Positions 40,041 through 50,109 of a stretch of DNA of 64,000 bases are shown in pieces. Every line of letters begins with the position of its first letter. Position 1 is the first letter of the stretch. The stretch comes from an uncultured Chloroflexia bacterium (GTDB taxonomy: Bacteria > Chloroflexota > Limnocylindria > Limnocylindrales > CSP1-4): contig CAVRZZ010000003.1 in NCBI GenBank assembly GCA_963725875.1, forward strand, positions 731,843 to 795,842, in the 5' to 3' direction. The notes below the pieces were generated by a model. The model was not told the DNA's origin, searched no databases, and was given only the letters and a program-made list of their open reading frames with translations. Both the position numbers and the translations under genes were made by a program.

Positions 40041-40269
40041 GCTGTTGGGGTCGGCGTGGACGACGACGGTGCTGCGGGTGCGGGCCTTGGTCGGTGATTG
40101 CTATTCGGCCGTTTGGGCCATGGGGCGTGCGGACAGCGCAAGATGGACGCGCGCGGGAGTCGCGAGCATGCAGGGGTTGCCGCTCAACCCTGTCGATGGC
40201 GACGCAGCTCCGCACCGACGTTTTTCGCGCCGGCGTGAACCTCGATGATGGGCGCGGCATCTAACCTGT

Positions 40270-40842
40270 ATGGACATGACGGCAGCGACCCGCGAAGCCG
40301 AGCCCGCAGCGGAGCAGATCCGCTCCTTGCCCGACGTCGAGTCAGCGCTCCGCGGTGATCTCCAGGCATTCGACCGCCTCGTTCTGGTCCACCTTCCCAG
40401 GACCTATCGGATCGCGCTGGCGATCCTCGGGTCGGAGGCCGACGCTGGCGATGCCGTCCAAGAGGCATGGCTCGCAGCCTGGCGGCAGCTTCCGACCCTA
40501 CGCGACCCCGCACGGTTTGACGGGTGGCTCGATCAGATCCTTGTGAACGCCTGTCGCATGAGCATTCGCAGGCGAAGCCGCGTGCGCGAGATCCGGATGC
40601 CAGACGGCTTCGATGCCGAGGCTCCGCAGGCAGCGCTCAACCAGGTCGCGGAGCGCGACGCGCTCGATCGCGCCTTTGGCCGGCTGACCGTCGAACAGCG
40701 GACCATTCTGGTGCTCCATCACCTCGAGCGGCGGCCGCTGTCGGCGATCGCGGCCGCGCTCGTGATCCCCGTTGGTACGGCGAAGTCCAGGTTGCACGCC
40801 GCTCGAGCGGCGCTGGAGCGCGTCTTGGAGACCGAGCGATGA
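40270..40842 (+). CDS. ECF sigma factor
   Basis: Region 2 ([19 protein letters not shown]…[20 protein letters not shown]) and region 4 ([40 protein letters not shown]). Confidence 0.85.
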   Translation: MDMTAATREAEPAAEQIRSLPDVESALRGDLQAFDRLVLVHLPRTYRIALAILGSEADAGDAVQEAWLAAWRQLPTLRDPARFDGWLDQILVNACRMSIRRRSRVREIRMPDGFDAEAPQAALNQVAERDALDRAFGRLTVEQRTILVLHHLERRPLSAIAAALVIPVGTAKSRLHAARAALERVLETER

Positions 40843-42356
40843 ACGAGCCTTCGCGGCTGTCTGACAGGGAGATCACCGACATGCTCCGCCGGCGATCGGC
40901 GCGGCCTGCGCCGGACGGGCTGGCGTCGGCAGTCCTGGAGTCCTTGGCCTCGGAGCGCGCGCGTCACTCCGTTCGGACCGCGGGCCGGCCCGCGAAGCGT
41001 CCGCTGGTGCTCCTCGCGGCCGCCGCCCTGCTGCTCGTCGGCGGCGCGATGGCGGTGGGCTCGGGCCTGGTGCGGCTGCCGTCGGTGGTGCCGCCGGTGC
41101 CGGTGCCTTCGCTGGCCGCCGTTGTCACGGATCCCACGGCCGTCCCAACGGCGATCTCCCCGTCGCCGTCCGCCGCCCCGACCTCGTCCGCCGCCCCGAT
41201 CTCGTCCGCCGTCCCGGCGAGGGCGCCCTCGTGGATCGCCACCGGAAGCATGGTCACCCCGCGCGAGGGACACACGGCCACGCTGCTGCCAGATGGCAAG
41301 GTGCTCGTGGCCGGCGGCCTCAACAGGACGAGCGGTAGGCCCAATGGCTCCACCCTGGATGGCGCCATCCTGGCCTCCGCCGAGCTGTACGACCCGCGCA
41401 GCGGGACCTGGAGTGCGACCGGGACCATGGGCACGGCACGTGAGAATCACACCGCGACCCTGCTGCCCGATGGCAAGGTGCTCGTGGTCGGCGGCTTCAC
41501 CGTGACGAGCGGCAACCCCAATGGCACGACGCTGACCTCCGCCCAGCTGTACGACCCGGCGACCGGGACCTGGAGTGCGACCGGGAGCATGAGCACGGCC
41601 CGTGAGAGCCACAGCGCGACGCTGCTGCCCGATGGCAGGGTGCTCGTCGTCGGCGGCTACACCGTGACGGTGAGCGTCGACGGCGGCTCCACCGTGATGA
41701 CATCCCTGGCCTCGGCGGAACTGTACGACCCGGCCAGCGGGAGGTGGACCGCCACCGGCAAGCTGGTCTACGAAGGGGGAACGGCCACGCTCCTGCCCGA
41801 CGGCAAGGTGCTCGTGGCGGGCGGCAACTGGAGCGGCGGATCGTTCGGAGGCGGTGGGTATTCCCCAGCCACCGCCGAGCTGTACGACCCGGGCAGCGGG
41901 ACCTGGACCGCCACCGGGAACATGGCCGCGGGGCGCTACAGCTCCACGGCCACGCTCCTGCCCGGGCGCAAGGTGCTGGTCGCATGCGGCTGCGACCATG
42001 CCGGCCGTGCCTCCGAGCTGTACGACCCGACAACCGGGTCGTGGACCGCCACCGGGACGATGGTCGCGGATCACTGGAGAGATACCGCCACGATGCTGCC
42101 CGATGGCAAGGTGACGGCCACGTTGTTGGCAGATGGGAAGGTGCTCGTCGCGGGTGGCGGGACGCCGACGCTGCCTGCCGCCGAGCTGTACGACCCGGGC
42201 ACCGGGAGCTGGGCTGCCACTGCCAAGATGCTCGCGGTGCGGGTGGACCAGACAGCCACGCTGCTGCCAGATGGGAAGGTGCTCGTGGCGGGCGGCGAAG
42301 GCCCCAGCGGCACGCTGGCCTCCGCCGAGCTGTACGACCCGGGCACCGGACAGTGA
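40839..42356 (+). CDS. anti-sigma factor with one TM helix and an extracellular Kelch-repeat beta-propeller
   Basis: ATG overlaps the sigma stop (ATGA). TM segment [19 protein letters not shown]. At least 8 Kelch-like repeats (…[39 protein letters not shown]…). Confidence 0.75.
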   Translation: MNEPSRLSDREITDMLRRRSARPAPDGLASAVLESLASERARHSVRTAGRPAKRPLVLLAAAALLLVGGAMAVGSGLVRLPSVVPPVPVPSLAAVVTDPTAVPTAISPSPSAAPTSSAAPISSAVPARAPSWIATGSMVTPREGHTATLLPDGKVLVAGGLNRTSGRPNGSTLDGAILASAELYDPRSGTWSATGTMGTARENHTATLLPDGKVLVVGGFTVTSGNPNGTTLTSAQLYDPATGTWSATGSMSTARESHSATLLPDGRVLVVGGYTVTVSVDGGSTVMTSLASAELYDPASGRWTATGKLVYEGGTATLLPDGKVLVAGGNWSGGSFGGGGYSPATAELYDPGSGTWTATGNMAAGRYSSTATLLPGRKVLVACGCDHAGRASELYDPTTGSWTATGTMVADHWRDTATMLPDGKVTATLLADGKVLVAGGGTPTLPAAELYDPGTGSWAATAKMLAVRVDQTATLLPDGKVLVAGGEGPSGTLASAELYDPGTGQ

Positions 42357-42383
42357 CCCGGCACACATCTGAGGAACGCCCAA

Positions 42384-43531
42384 TGCTCGACCGACGCTTC
42401 GCCGGCATGATCGCGGTAGTTGCGCTTCTCGGGGCTGCCTGCGGCAGCGCGGCCACCGCGCCCGCAACAACGGCGCCGACCGCTTCGCCGACCGCGGCAA
42501 CAACGGCGCCGACCGCTTCGCCGACCGCGGCACCGACGGCCGCTCCGACCGCCACGCCCGCGCCGACCGTGGTGGCCACGCCCGCCCCTACCCGTACAGC
42601 GGCCCCCACACCGGCCGGCAAGCCGACGATCGGCGTTCCCGCCGACGACGGTGCCCGGATCATCGCGGTCGAGGCGAACACCCTCGGCGGTACCGTTCCC
42701 GCCACCCGCATCAAGGACCTCACGATCGACTCGCCGGCCGTCGGCCGCACCGTGCAGGTCCAGCTTCTGATCCCGACCGGGTTCGACGCGCATCCAGAGA
42801 CCCGCTGGCCTGTGCTGTATCTGCTCCCCGGTCAGAGCGGGGGCCACCTGGACTGGACGAACTGGAGTGACGTCGAGAAGGTGACCGCACCGACGGACCT
42901 GCTCGTCGTGATCCCGGATGCGGGTGCGGACGACCCTGGTGGCTCGTCGTACACGGACTGGTGGAACGGGGGCGCCGGCGGCCTGCGGCAGTGGGAGACC
43001 TTCCACCTCGTGGAGCTGCGCCAATTGCTGGAGCGGAACTGGAACGCCGGGGACAAGCGTGCGATCGCCGGGGTGTCTGCCGGCGGCTACGGGGCGATCG
43101 AGTACGCGGCACGACAGCCCGGGTTGTTCCGCTTCGCCGCGTCCTATAGCGGGGTCTCCGACCCCGTCGGCAACGTGGCCTTCTGGAATCCGCCCCGCGA
43201 CGTCTGGGGCGACCCGGTTGCACAGGCCGACATCTGGAAGGCGCACGACCCGCTTCTCAACGCCGAGGCCCTCAAGGGCACCGGGCTGTACGTCGCCTAC
43301 GGCAACGGGAAGCCCGGACCGTTCGACAACGGCCAGCCGTCCGACTTCGACCCGTCGGGCGCCGTGGAACGGGAGGTTGCCCGCCAGAGCGCCGCCCTCG
43401 TGGCACGGCTCCACGAACTGAAGATCCCTGTGACCGTCTACGCCTATGGGAACGGCACCCACTTCGGGCCGTATATCGAGCGCGACTTCGAGCGCTCGCT
43501 CCCGCTCATCCTCAAGGCGCTCGGGGAGTAG
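42384..43531 (+). CDS. lipoprotein esterase (Ag85/esterase-D-type alpha/beta hydrolase)
   Basis: RBS gaggaa. Lipobox LLGAAC. A (TAPTASPTAA)x2 linker encoded by a 30-nt tandem repeat. Esterase motifs PVLYLLPGQSGG and AIAGVSAGGYGA. Confidence 0.8.
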
Positions 43532-43570
43532 CGCGACCGCCTCGCGGGTCGAGCCCGGGGCCGGCGGTGT

Positions 43571-43885
43571 CTACATCGGGTCCCGTCGATCTACGTCCGG
43601 TTCGGGTCCCAGTAGCCCCACGACCTCGTCAAGCACCTCCCTATTCGTCCATTGGAACCATGCCCTCGGGTTCAGGCAGCCGCGGGGCCAGGTCCACACG
43701 AGCTGCGCCGTCGTCGCCGCCCCCACCTTGGAGCGCGCGTTCGCCAGGTGGTGCTTCACGGTCGCGTGCGACAGGCCGAGTCGGTGGGCGGCCGCCTTCT
43801 CGGACCCAGCCGCGAGGACCGCGGCGACCACGACGACCTCTCGGTCGGTGGCGCGTCCGGCTGGGCGGGACGGCCGTCTGGTCAT
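43571..43885 (-). CDS. small (~104 aa) LuxR/GerE-type HTH regulator, paralogue family member
   Basis: …REVVVVAAVLAAGSEKAAAHRLGLSHATVKHHLANARSKVGAATTAQL. Same architecture as ORF 60148..60462. Confidence 0.6.
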   Translation of the reverse strand: MTRRPSRPAGRATDREVVVVAAVLAAGSEKAAAHRLGLSHATVKHHLANARSKVGAATTAQLVWTWPRGCLNPRAWFQWTNREVLDEVVGLLGPEPDVDRRDPM

Positions 43886-43982
43886 GCGCTCTGGAGCCAG
43901 TAGGAAGGCCCTGGCGGCTCGGCGAGGCGCATCGTGATCGGAAGGTCGTTGGTGGCGGGGCTATCCCGCTCGCCCCGACCAC

Positions 43983-45044
43983 CTAGGCCTGGCCCATGCC
44001 GTTCACCGTCCTCCAGGCACGACCGAACTGAACCGCGCCGCTTCCAGATGCTGTCGAGGAACTGCGCGTCTGGCGCGTCGTGCCGGACAAGTCGGCGTCC
44101 GGCATCCAGCCCGAGCGGCGACTGCAGTCGCCGGGTCTCCGCGCACGTGCGCTCCTGGTCGGCCCACGCTCGTGGTCTGGTCGCGAGGCCAGGATCTCCG
44201 CGCGCGGCAGCATCAATCGGGCTCGAGCGATGCGTTGCTGACGATCCGCCAGCGCGGATTGCGGATGCCGGCCCGGCCGGCCCCCCGGCACGAGCGGCAC
44301 CCAGCGCTCCGGGCGCGCCTCGATCCAACGGTGGAGCGGTGCGGCGATGGCGGGGGCCTCGAGCCACTCCAGCAGGTAGCCGAGCCGCGCGACATCGGCA
44401 ACCGCAGCTTCTGTCGCGAGGACGGGCCGGAAGCGACGCGGGCGGAGCGCCGGCGCAAGGTCGCGCAGGACGCTGACGACGTTCCCCCACCCGCCCGCGC
44501 GGGCGCTGTAGCGGACAAGATCGAGGGCCGTGAGCTCCACCGTCGCGATGCGGTAGCGGCCCGACGGCGCGTTGACCAGCGCGAGGGGCGCCCTCGCGGT
44601 ATCGCGGTTGACGACGAACGCGATCCGACGTCGGCCGACCTCGATCTGCCTGCGCTGGTGCGGCACGACGACCTGCACGACCTTCCCCGCGTGCGGGGAC
44701 GGGCCGTGGTAGGCGGCCGCGGCCAGGAGGCCGACGTAGTACGCGAGCCCGAGGTACTCCATCATCGGGTCGAGGTACAGGCGCCAGGACGGCGCGCCGA
44801 CGCCGCGGTCCTCGAGCGGGACGACGACGTGGAAGCCGCGCACCGGCGTGACGATGAGGCCCGCGGTCGCTGCCCGCGCGAGGGCGGCTGTCGTGCTCGC
44901 TGCGCTGACGGCAGGCTGCTGTCCCCGCGCCTCCACGGTCGTGAAGGTGTACTGCCCACGAGCGGGCAGTCCGAGCAGCCAGGCTCGCAAGTCGCTCATA
45001 TGCTTGATCACACGCTCTTCGTTCGCTTGTGCATATGACCGCAC
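43983..45044 (-). CDS. AbiEi-like (type IV toxin-antitoxin antitoxin / transcriptional regulator) domain protein, apparently without an adjacent AbiEii
   Basis: N-terminal wHTH-like …TFTTVEA…AGLIVTPVRGFHVVVP and a YYVGLLAAAAYHG segment typical of AbiEi. Its first ~20 codons are unusually AT-rich (TAT GCA CAA GCG AAC GAA … AAG CAT). Confidence 0.5.
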   Translation of the reverse strand: MRSYAQANEERVIKHMSDLRAWLLGLPARGQYTFTTVEARGQQPAVSAASTTAALARAATAGLIVTPVRGFHVVVPLEDRGVGAPSWRLYLDPMMEYLGLAYYVGLLAAAAYHGPSPHAGKVVQVVVPHQRRQIEVGRRRIAFVVNRDTARAPLALVNAPSGRYRIATVELTALDLVRYSARAGGWGNVVSVLRDLAPALRPRRFRPVLATEAAVADVARLGYLLEWLEAPAIAAPLHRWIEARPERWVPLVPGGRPGRHPQSALADRQQRIARARLMLPRAEILASRPDHERGPTRSARARRPGDCSRRSGWMPDADLSGTTRQTRSSSTASGSGAVQFGRAWRTVNGMGQA

Positions 45045-45056
45045 CCTCCCCGCGGC

Positions 45057-45375
45057 CTCAGGCAGACGCTGTCGGAGCGCTGTAGGGTTGATCGATGGCC
45101 TAGAATGGCGTTCGCGCTCAGGCAGACGCTGTCCTTGAGCGTGGAACTGAGCGGGAGTAACTCAGCTGGCAGAGTGTCTGCTTCCCAAGCCTGAGCGCCT
45201 CAGCGCTGTGGGCTCCCGTGTGGCGGTACCACCACATCGGCTCAGTTATCCGCTGTAGCTCTCGGGCCCTGCAGGTCGCAGGCGGGGCGCCAACCGGAAC
45301 CTAACAGCCGAGTGGCCCGGCAGCAAGCCCCGACGTGTACACCGGCGTGTAGCGAGCGGCCGTGCCACCCCGATC
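45057..45375 (+). repeat. copy A of a ~330-bp structured repeat element
   Basis: Shares over 85% identity by eye with copies at 52342 and 59075. Contains an internal 17-nt direct repeat ctcaggcagacgctgtc and a tRNA-D-arm-like segment gggagtaactcagctggcagagt. Confidence 0.7.
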
Positions 45376-45486
45376 CTCACGGCAACGCCTGCCCCGGCGG
45401 CAACCTTTGGCTTGAGGTCGAACTCCAGGCGCGGTGCCTGGGCGCTCATGTGGCGTATACGGTATGGCGTGATGTATACTCCACCC

Positions 45487-45699
45487 ATGAAGCGCCTGCA
45501 GATCTACATCGAGGAGGAGCTGGACGACGCCCTGGCTGTTCGAGCGCGTCTGACACACACGTCCAAGGCGGCCCTCATCCGCGAGGCCGTCCGCCGGTCG
45601 ATCGGCGAGCCGGAGCCCACCGTCGATCCGTTCCGCGACTGGATCGGCGGCAGCGACGCCACCCCGGCACCCGTCGACGAGGTCGTCTACGGCTCGTGA
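45487..45699 (+). CDS. vapB: ribbon-helix-helix (CopG/VapB-type) antitoxin
   Basis: MKRLQIYIEEELDDALAVRARLTHTSKAALIREAVRRSIG. Its stop overlaps the vapC GTG. Confidence 0.7.
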   Translation: MKRLQIYIEEELDDALAVRARLTHTSKAALIREAVRRSIGEPEPTVDPFRDWIGGSDATPAPVDEVVYGS

Positions 45700-46097
45700 G
45701 GTTCGTCGATACCTCCTACTGGGTGGCGCTCCGCCTGCGGCGTGATGCCAACCACGGTGTCGCCGTCCGATTGTGGACACCCGGCGCGCCGATCCTGACG
45801 ACGAACCAGGTCGTCGGCGAGACCTGGACGTTCCTGCGCCGTCGCGACGGACACCCATCGGCCGTCGCCTTCCTCGACGCGGTCGAGTCGACCGATTGGC
45901 TCACCCTCGTCCATGTTGACGATGCGATCGAGCGCGAGGCGCGGGCCTGGCTTCGACGCCACGATGAGCGCGTCTACTCGTTCGTCGATGCGACGAGCTT
46001 CGCCGTCATGCGACGAGAGCGCCTCCGGGAGGCGCTGGCGTTCGACGGCGACTTCAGCGCGGCGGGATTCGTCGAGGCGCGACCGGAGACCCGGTGA
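45696..46097 (+). CDS. vapC: PIN-domain ribonuclease toxin
   Basis: VRFVDTSYWVAL… and …SFVDATSFAVMRRERLREALAFDGDFSAAGF carry the PIN acidic residues. Confidence 0.75.
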   Translation: MRFVDTSYWVALRLRRDANHGVAVRLWTPGAPILTTNQVVGETWTFLRRRDGHPSAVAFLDAVESTDWLTLVHVDDAIEREARAWLRRHDERVYSFVDATSFAVMRRERLREALAFDGDFSAAGFVEARPETR

Positions 46098-46194
46098 GAC
46101 AGCGCGTTTCGATGGTCGAGGTCGGCGACACTCGGGTCGACGGCCGCTGCCTGGGTGACGATCTCCCAGAAGTCGGCCGTCCGTTCGTGGACTG

Positions 46195-46670
46195 TGGCTG
46201 ACCCGGGCCGAGAACCTGACCCTGTGCGGGCCGTCGGGGACCGGGAAGACCCACTATCTCGAGGGCCTCGCCGCGGCCGCCATCGACACCGGGCGGCGGG
46301 TTGCCTGGTTCAGCCTCGAATCGCTCACCGCGACGATCTGGCGGGCCAAGGTGGACGGCTCGGTGGGGCGGGTCGTGGCCCGCATCTGCCGCGCCGACCT
46401 CGTGGTCGTCGACGACATCGGGATGCTCCCCGCGGGCGCCGAGGCCGCCGAGGCCTTCTACCGGGTCGACGCCGCGTACGAGCGGCGCAGTGTGGCCGTT
46501 ACAGCTCCAACCTCCACCCGTCGGGCTTCGACACCATCATGCCCAAGACCCTCGCCACGGCCACCGTCGACCGGCTCCTCCACCACGCCCACGTCGTCCT
46601 CACCGAGGGCGCCAGCTACCGCCTCGCCGAGCCGACCGTAGCGAAGGGGGTGATGCCGCTCGCCTGACCC
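46195..46670 (+). mobile_element. IS21-family istB (ATP-binding helper) remnant: N-terminally truncated and frameshifted by a 1-nt deletion, with no istA
   Basis: Walker A (NLTLCGPSGTGKTH) and Walker B (DLVVVDDIGM) through …ERRSVAVT lie in one frame. …SNLHPSGFDTIMPKTLATATVDRLLHHAHVVLTEGASYRLAEP continues in the next frame; acagctcc is where acaagctcc would be expected. Confidence 0.65.
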
Positions 46671-46675
46671 AAACG

Positions 46676-46745
46676 GGAGATCTGCTGTCCGTCGGCGTTG
46701 AGATCACGTGTCCGCGGAGATGGAGATCTGCTGTCCGCCCAGGAG
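46676..46745 (+). repeat. two direct copies of ggagatctgctgtccg (plus a third partial copy) immediately after the istB remnant; candidate IS21-type multiple terminal repeats
   Basis: cgggagatctgctgtccgtcgg and atggagatctgctgtccgccc lie 46 nt apart. Confidence 0.3.
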
Positions 46746-46881
46746 GAAGTCCCGCTGTCCCTTGACACCGGGGTAACGGTGGTTCCGGACGAGTACACAC
46801 GCCGCCGGGAGACCGGTTGATATCCGCGCATAGGGCGGTAGACTCGGGGCGTTGATTTCGTCCCCTGGGGGGTGGAGGACG

Positions 46882-48903
46882 ATGTTCCCTCGTCGACTTC
46901 GGGCATTCGCTCCCGTCGCCCTGGCGCTCGTGGTCGTCGCGTGCAGCCCGGCAGAGTTGGCGGAGCCGTCCCGCGCCGCGCCGGTCACGGACCCGCCCCG
47001 GGTCGCGGAGACCCTGATCGTGGGCATGCACGTTCCGGTGGAGATGGCTCCGGAAGACATCGGCGGGCTCACGCCGACCGAGCTGCCGCTCTCCTCGCTC
47101 CACCCCAACGGCAGCCTGCGGGACAGCGTGCTGCAGCGATTCGTCTACAGCGGCGTCTACCGCCTCGACGAGACGCAGTCCCCGGTGCCGGACCTCGCCG
47201 CCGAGCCGTGTGAGGTGAGAGCGGACCTCCTGGTCGTCACCTGCAGCCTGCGCCCGGCGAGCTTCCACGACGGGACGCCGCTGTCGGCGGACGACGTGGC
47301 ATTCGCGTATCAGCTGGGGTTGAGTGAGGCCTGTCGCAGCCAGACGCTGTGCGTAAACGCGGACGAGGGCCGGCTCGTCGCGGCGACGGCGCTTGACGAG
47401 CGGACCGTTGAGTTCCGCCTGTCCCAGCCCGATCCGGCGTTCATCACGGTGGTCCTGTCATCGAGGCTCATCGAACCGCGCGCACGCGTCGAGCGCGCGT
47501 TCGCCGACTTCGTCGAAGCCTCGCGCGGCGCGGACCCCGCGTCGCTGAAGGCGGTCGCGTCCACTTTGGCCGACGAGCTCCGTCCGGGCCGCCCATCCGA
47601 GTGCCGGGCGCCCGCCGACGCGGTGCTCGTGGAGGCCGAGGGGGCGATCGCCGACATCGGCATGGAGCTTCGCGGGCGCGAGGTGTACATGGCAAGTCCC
47701 GATCCCTGCGCGTACGGCGACAGTCTCGTGCGCGTCCTGACGGACGCCACCGACGCGCTGAGCATGACCGGGATCGATGCGATCGCTGCGTCGTATCGCA
47801 TCCTCGAGCCTCCGCTCATCCCGGTGGGCAGCGGCCCCTGGCGGGTCGTGTCGATCGATGCGGGCGTGAGCATGGAGCTCGAGGCGTTCGGAGCGTTCCA
47901 CGGTGGCGCCCCCGCCACCGCGAGGGTGGAGGTCCGGCTGATCCGGACCATCGCGGAGGCGATCGAGGCAGTCCGCAGCGGCGCCATCCACTGGCTCGTG
48001 CAGCCGTTCTCGACGGAGGAGAACCTCATCGCCGACGGCATCGGCGATGCTCCGGGGGTGGCCTGGGCGGAGTACAACCGCCTCAGCTTCACCGCCCTCC
48101 ACTACAACCTGCGCGACGGCCGCCTCTTCGCCGATCGGAACCTGCGCGCCGCGATCGAGCTCTGCCTGGACAAGGACGAGACAGTGGCAGCAGCAACGGG
48201 CGGCAGGGGCGTCCCGGTCTACTCCCCCATCAGCCCGTCGGTATGGGCGTTCGAGGCCGACCTGCCGCGCCCGGCGCGCGACACCGGCAAGAGCCGGGAG
48301 TTGATCGAGGCGTCCGGCTGGACGCCCGGCGACGACGGCATCTACCGCAAGGGAGACCAGCGGCTGACGGCCGTGGTCCCCGTGCGGGAGGATCGGCCGG
48401 CGAACGTCCGCTTCCTCGAGCTGCTGGCATTCCAGGTCGCCGAGTGCGGCATCGAGATGGTGCCTGAGCCGATAGCAGGGGACGACTTCTTGGCGGCGCT
48501 GGACTGGCCGTACATCCCACCGGGTGGTGACCAGCCATGGGATGCCGTCTTCTCCGGATGGATCACGACTCCAGACCCGGACTTCCTCCCGATCTTCCAC
48601 TCGAGCGTGATCGGGACGCCATTGAATCCCAAGGGCAACAACATGATGGGCTACGCCAGCCCGGAGAGTGACGCACTGCTCGAACAGGGGCGTGCGACCT
48701 ACGATCCGCGCGAGCGAGCGCGGCTCTACCGCCAGCACCAGCAGATTCTCGCCGAGGACCGACCGCTGCTGTTCGCCTGGAGCCCGCGCATCCGCGAAGC
48801 CCGGAGCGACCGCCTGGAGTCGACACGAGGCCAACTCGCGACCGATACGAGCACGTGGTGGTGGCAGCTCGAGAACTTGGTCCTTCGGTCGCCCGAGCCG
48901 TAG
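46882..48903 (+). CDS. ABC transporter substrate-binding lipoprotein, family 5 (peptide/nickel/opine type)
   Basis: Signal peptide plus lipobox (ALALVVVACS). Size and internal motifs are typical of SBP_bac_5. Confidence 0.8.
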   Translation: MFPRRLRAFAPVALALVVVACSPAELAEPSRAAPVTDPPRVAETLIVGMHVPVEMAPEDIGGLTPTELPLSSLHPNGSLRDSVLQRFVYSGVYRLDETQSPVPDLAAEPCEVRADLLVVTCSLRPASFHDGTPLSADDVAFAYQLGLSEACRSQTLCVNADEGRLVAATALDERTVEFRLSQPDPAFITVVLSSRLIEPRARVERAFADFVEASRGADPASLKAVASTLADELRPGRPSECRAPADAVLVEAEGAIADIGMELRGREVYMASPDPCAYGDSLVRVLTDATDALSMTGIDAIAASYRILEPPLIPVGSGPWRVVSIDAGVSMELEAFGAFHGGAPATARVEVRLIRTIAEAIEAVRSGAIHWLVQPFSTEENLIADGIGDAPGVAWAEYNRLSFTALHYNLRDGRLFADRNLRAAIELCLDKDETVAAATGGRGVPVYSPISPSVWAFEADLPRPARDTGKSRELIEASGWTPGDDGIYRKGDQRLTAVVPVREDRPANVRFLELLAFQVAECGIEMVPEPIAGDDFLAALDWPYIPPGGDQPWDAVFSGWITTPDPDFLPIFHSSVIGTPLNPKGNNMMGYASPESDALLEQGRATYDPRERARLYRQHQQILAEDRPLLFAWSPRIREARSDRLESTRGQLATDTSTWWWQLENLVLRSPEP

Positions 48904-48915
48904 CTCGGCGCAGGG

Positions 48916-50109
48916 CTACTGGCGGAGAAAGATCGCGGTCTGGCGCCACCATTCGTACAGTTGCTCCCAGTCGTTGTCGCCGCGCCGCGCCCTGGCCAGG
49001 ATTCGCTCGTCGACATAGGTCCAGACGAGCCACGCGGCGCCCTTCTCCTGGTAGCAGAGCAGGCGTCCGGCGTGAACGTTCCGGACCTCCCAGGGGCCGA
49101 CGGCATGCGGCACGGACTCGCACGAGCCGGCCGATGCACCGGTGCGGGCGACGGCCTCGGCGAGTGCTCCCGCGAGGGAGGCTGACGTCGGGAACTGGTC
49201 GACCCAGACCTCGTCCGCGGCCGCGCTGAGCGGGAGCCGGCAATGCAGGCTCACGGAACCGCCGGCCGATCCATCGGCGGCTGTCGCCGGTAGGCAGTCC
49301 TCCCTGACCGCCGCGGGCAGCCGGGCGCGGAGCGTCGCCTCGTCGGCCGTGAGCAGCGAACTTGGCGAGGCCCCGGTGCCTCCGGAGGGCCGCGGCGTCG
49401 CGCCCGACGGAGCACCCGACGCCGGGGAAGCCGCCGGTCCGCTGGGACCGCCGCCGGGCACTGCGACGAGGAGGGCGGCTCCTCCGATCAGCGCGACCGG
49501 GAGCCCGATGGCGGCCGCCAACACGATGACTCTGCGGGGCCACGATCGCCCGCCGGTTCCGGGTGCGGCGGCACGGGCCGCGGCGGTCGAAGGCAGGACC
49601 CCGTAGACGAGGACGGGCTCGGCGATCCCCTTGAGCCGGCGCCGGCCACGCGGCACGAACCGGACCGCCAGAAACGTACGCGTCAGGCCGCGGACGGTGT
49701 CGCTCACCAGCAGCTCGCCGGGACCCGCCAGCGCGCAGATCCGTGCCGCGATGTTGACCGCACTGCCAACGAATCCCTCGGCGGTGTCCGCGGTCTCGCC
49801 CGCGTGCACTCCGACGCCAACCCGGATCGCAGCTGCCCGGGGTTCATCACCGGCCGCCGCGGCGGCCTCGAGGATCGCGAGGCCACCCTGGACAGCGGCG
49901 CTGGCCGACGAGAACACCACGTAGAAGCTGTCGCCCTCTGTCCGGATCTCGGCACCGCCGAACTGCGCGATGACTTCCCGGACGAGCACGCGGTAGCGCG
50001 CGAGGAGCTCCGCGGCCGCCTGGTCGCCGTGGGATTCGACGAACCGCGTGTAGTCGCGCAGGTCCGCGAACAGGAAGCCCCGGGTCTGACTCGCGGGTAG
50101 CTCGCTCAT
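48916..50109 (-). CDS. class III adenylate/guanylate cyclase with a C-terminal TM segment and extracytoplasmic domain
   Basis: CHD motifs (FLFADLRDYTRF, …EIRTEGDSFYVVF…, GVHAGE…VGSAVNIAARI). ATG overlaps the upstream gene's stop. Confidence 0.8.
   Translation of the reverse strand: MSELPASQTRGFLFADLRDYTRFVESHGDQAAAELLARYRVLVREVIAQFGGAEIRTEGDSFYVVFSSASAAVQGGLAILEAAAAAGDEPRAAAIRVGVGVHAGETADTAEGFVGSAVNIAARICALAGPGELLVSDTVRGLTRTFLAVRFVPRGRRRLKGIAEPVLVYGVLPSTAAARAAAPGTGGRSWPRRVIVLAAAIGLPVALIGGAALLVAVPGGGPSGPAASPASGAPSGATPRPSGGTGASPSSLLTADEATLRARLPAAVREDCLPATAADGSAGGSVSLHCRLPLSAAADEVWVDQFPTSASLAGALAEAVARTGASAGSCESVPHAVGPWEVRNVHAGRLLCYQEKGAAWLVWTYVDERILARARRGDNDWEQLYEWWRQTAIFLRQ

Noticed and set aside
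43983-45044. Calling a complete AbiEi/AbiEii type IV TA system
   Set aside because: No nucleotidyltransferase (AbiEii/DUF1814) ORF lies downstream. Only the antitoxin-like regulator is present.
45170-45260. tRNA-like segment inside the ~330-bp repeats (GCGGGAG-TA-ACTC-AGCTGGCA-GAGT…)
   Set aside because: The acceptor/D-arm-like part is convincing, but no anticodon stem pairs (TCTGC versus GCCTG). There is no T-loop consensus and no CCA-compatible 3' acceptor strand. It is not a functional tRNA gene, though it may be tRNA-derived.
46100-46800. Complete IS21 element
   Set aside because: Only a truncated, frameshifted istB is present. No istA transposase or left end is detectable, so this is a remnant, not an intact IS.
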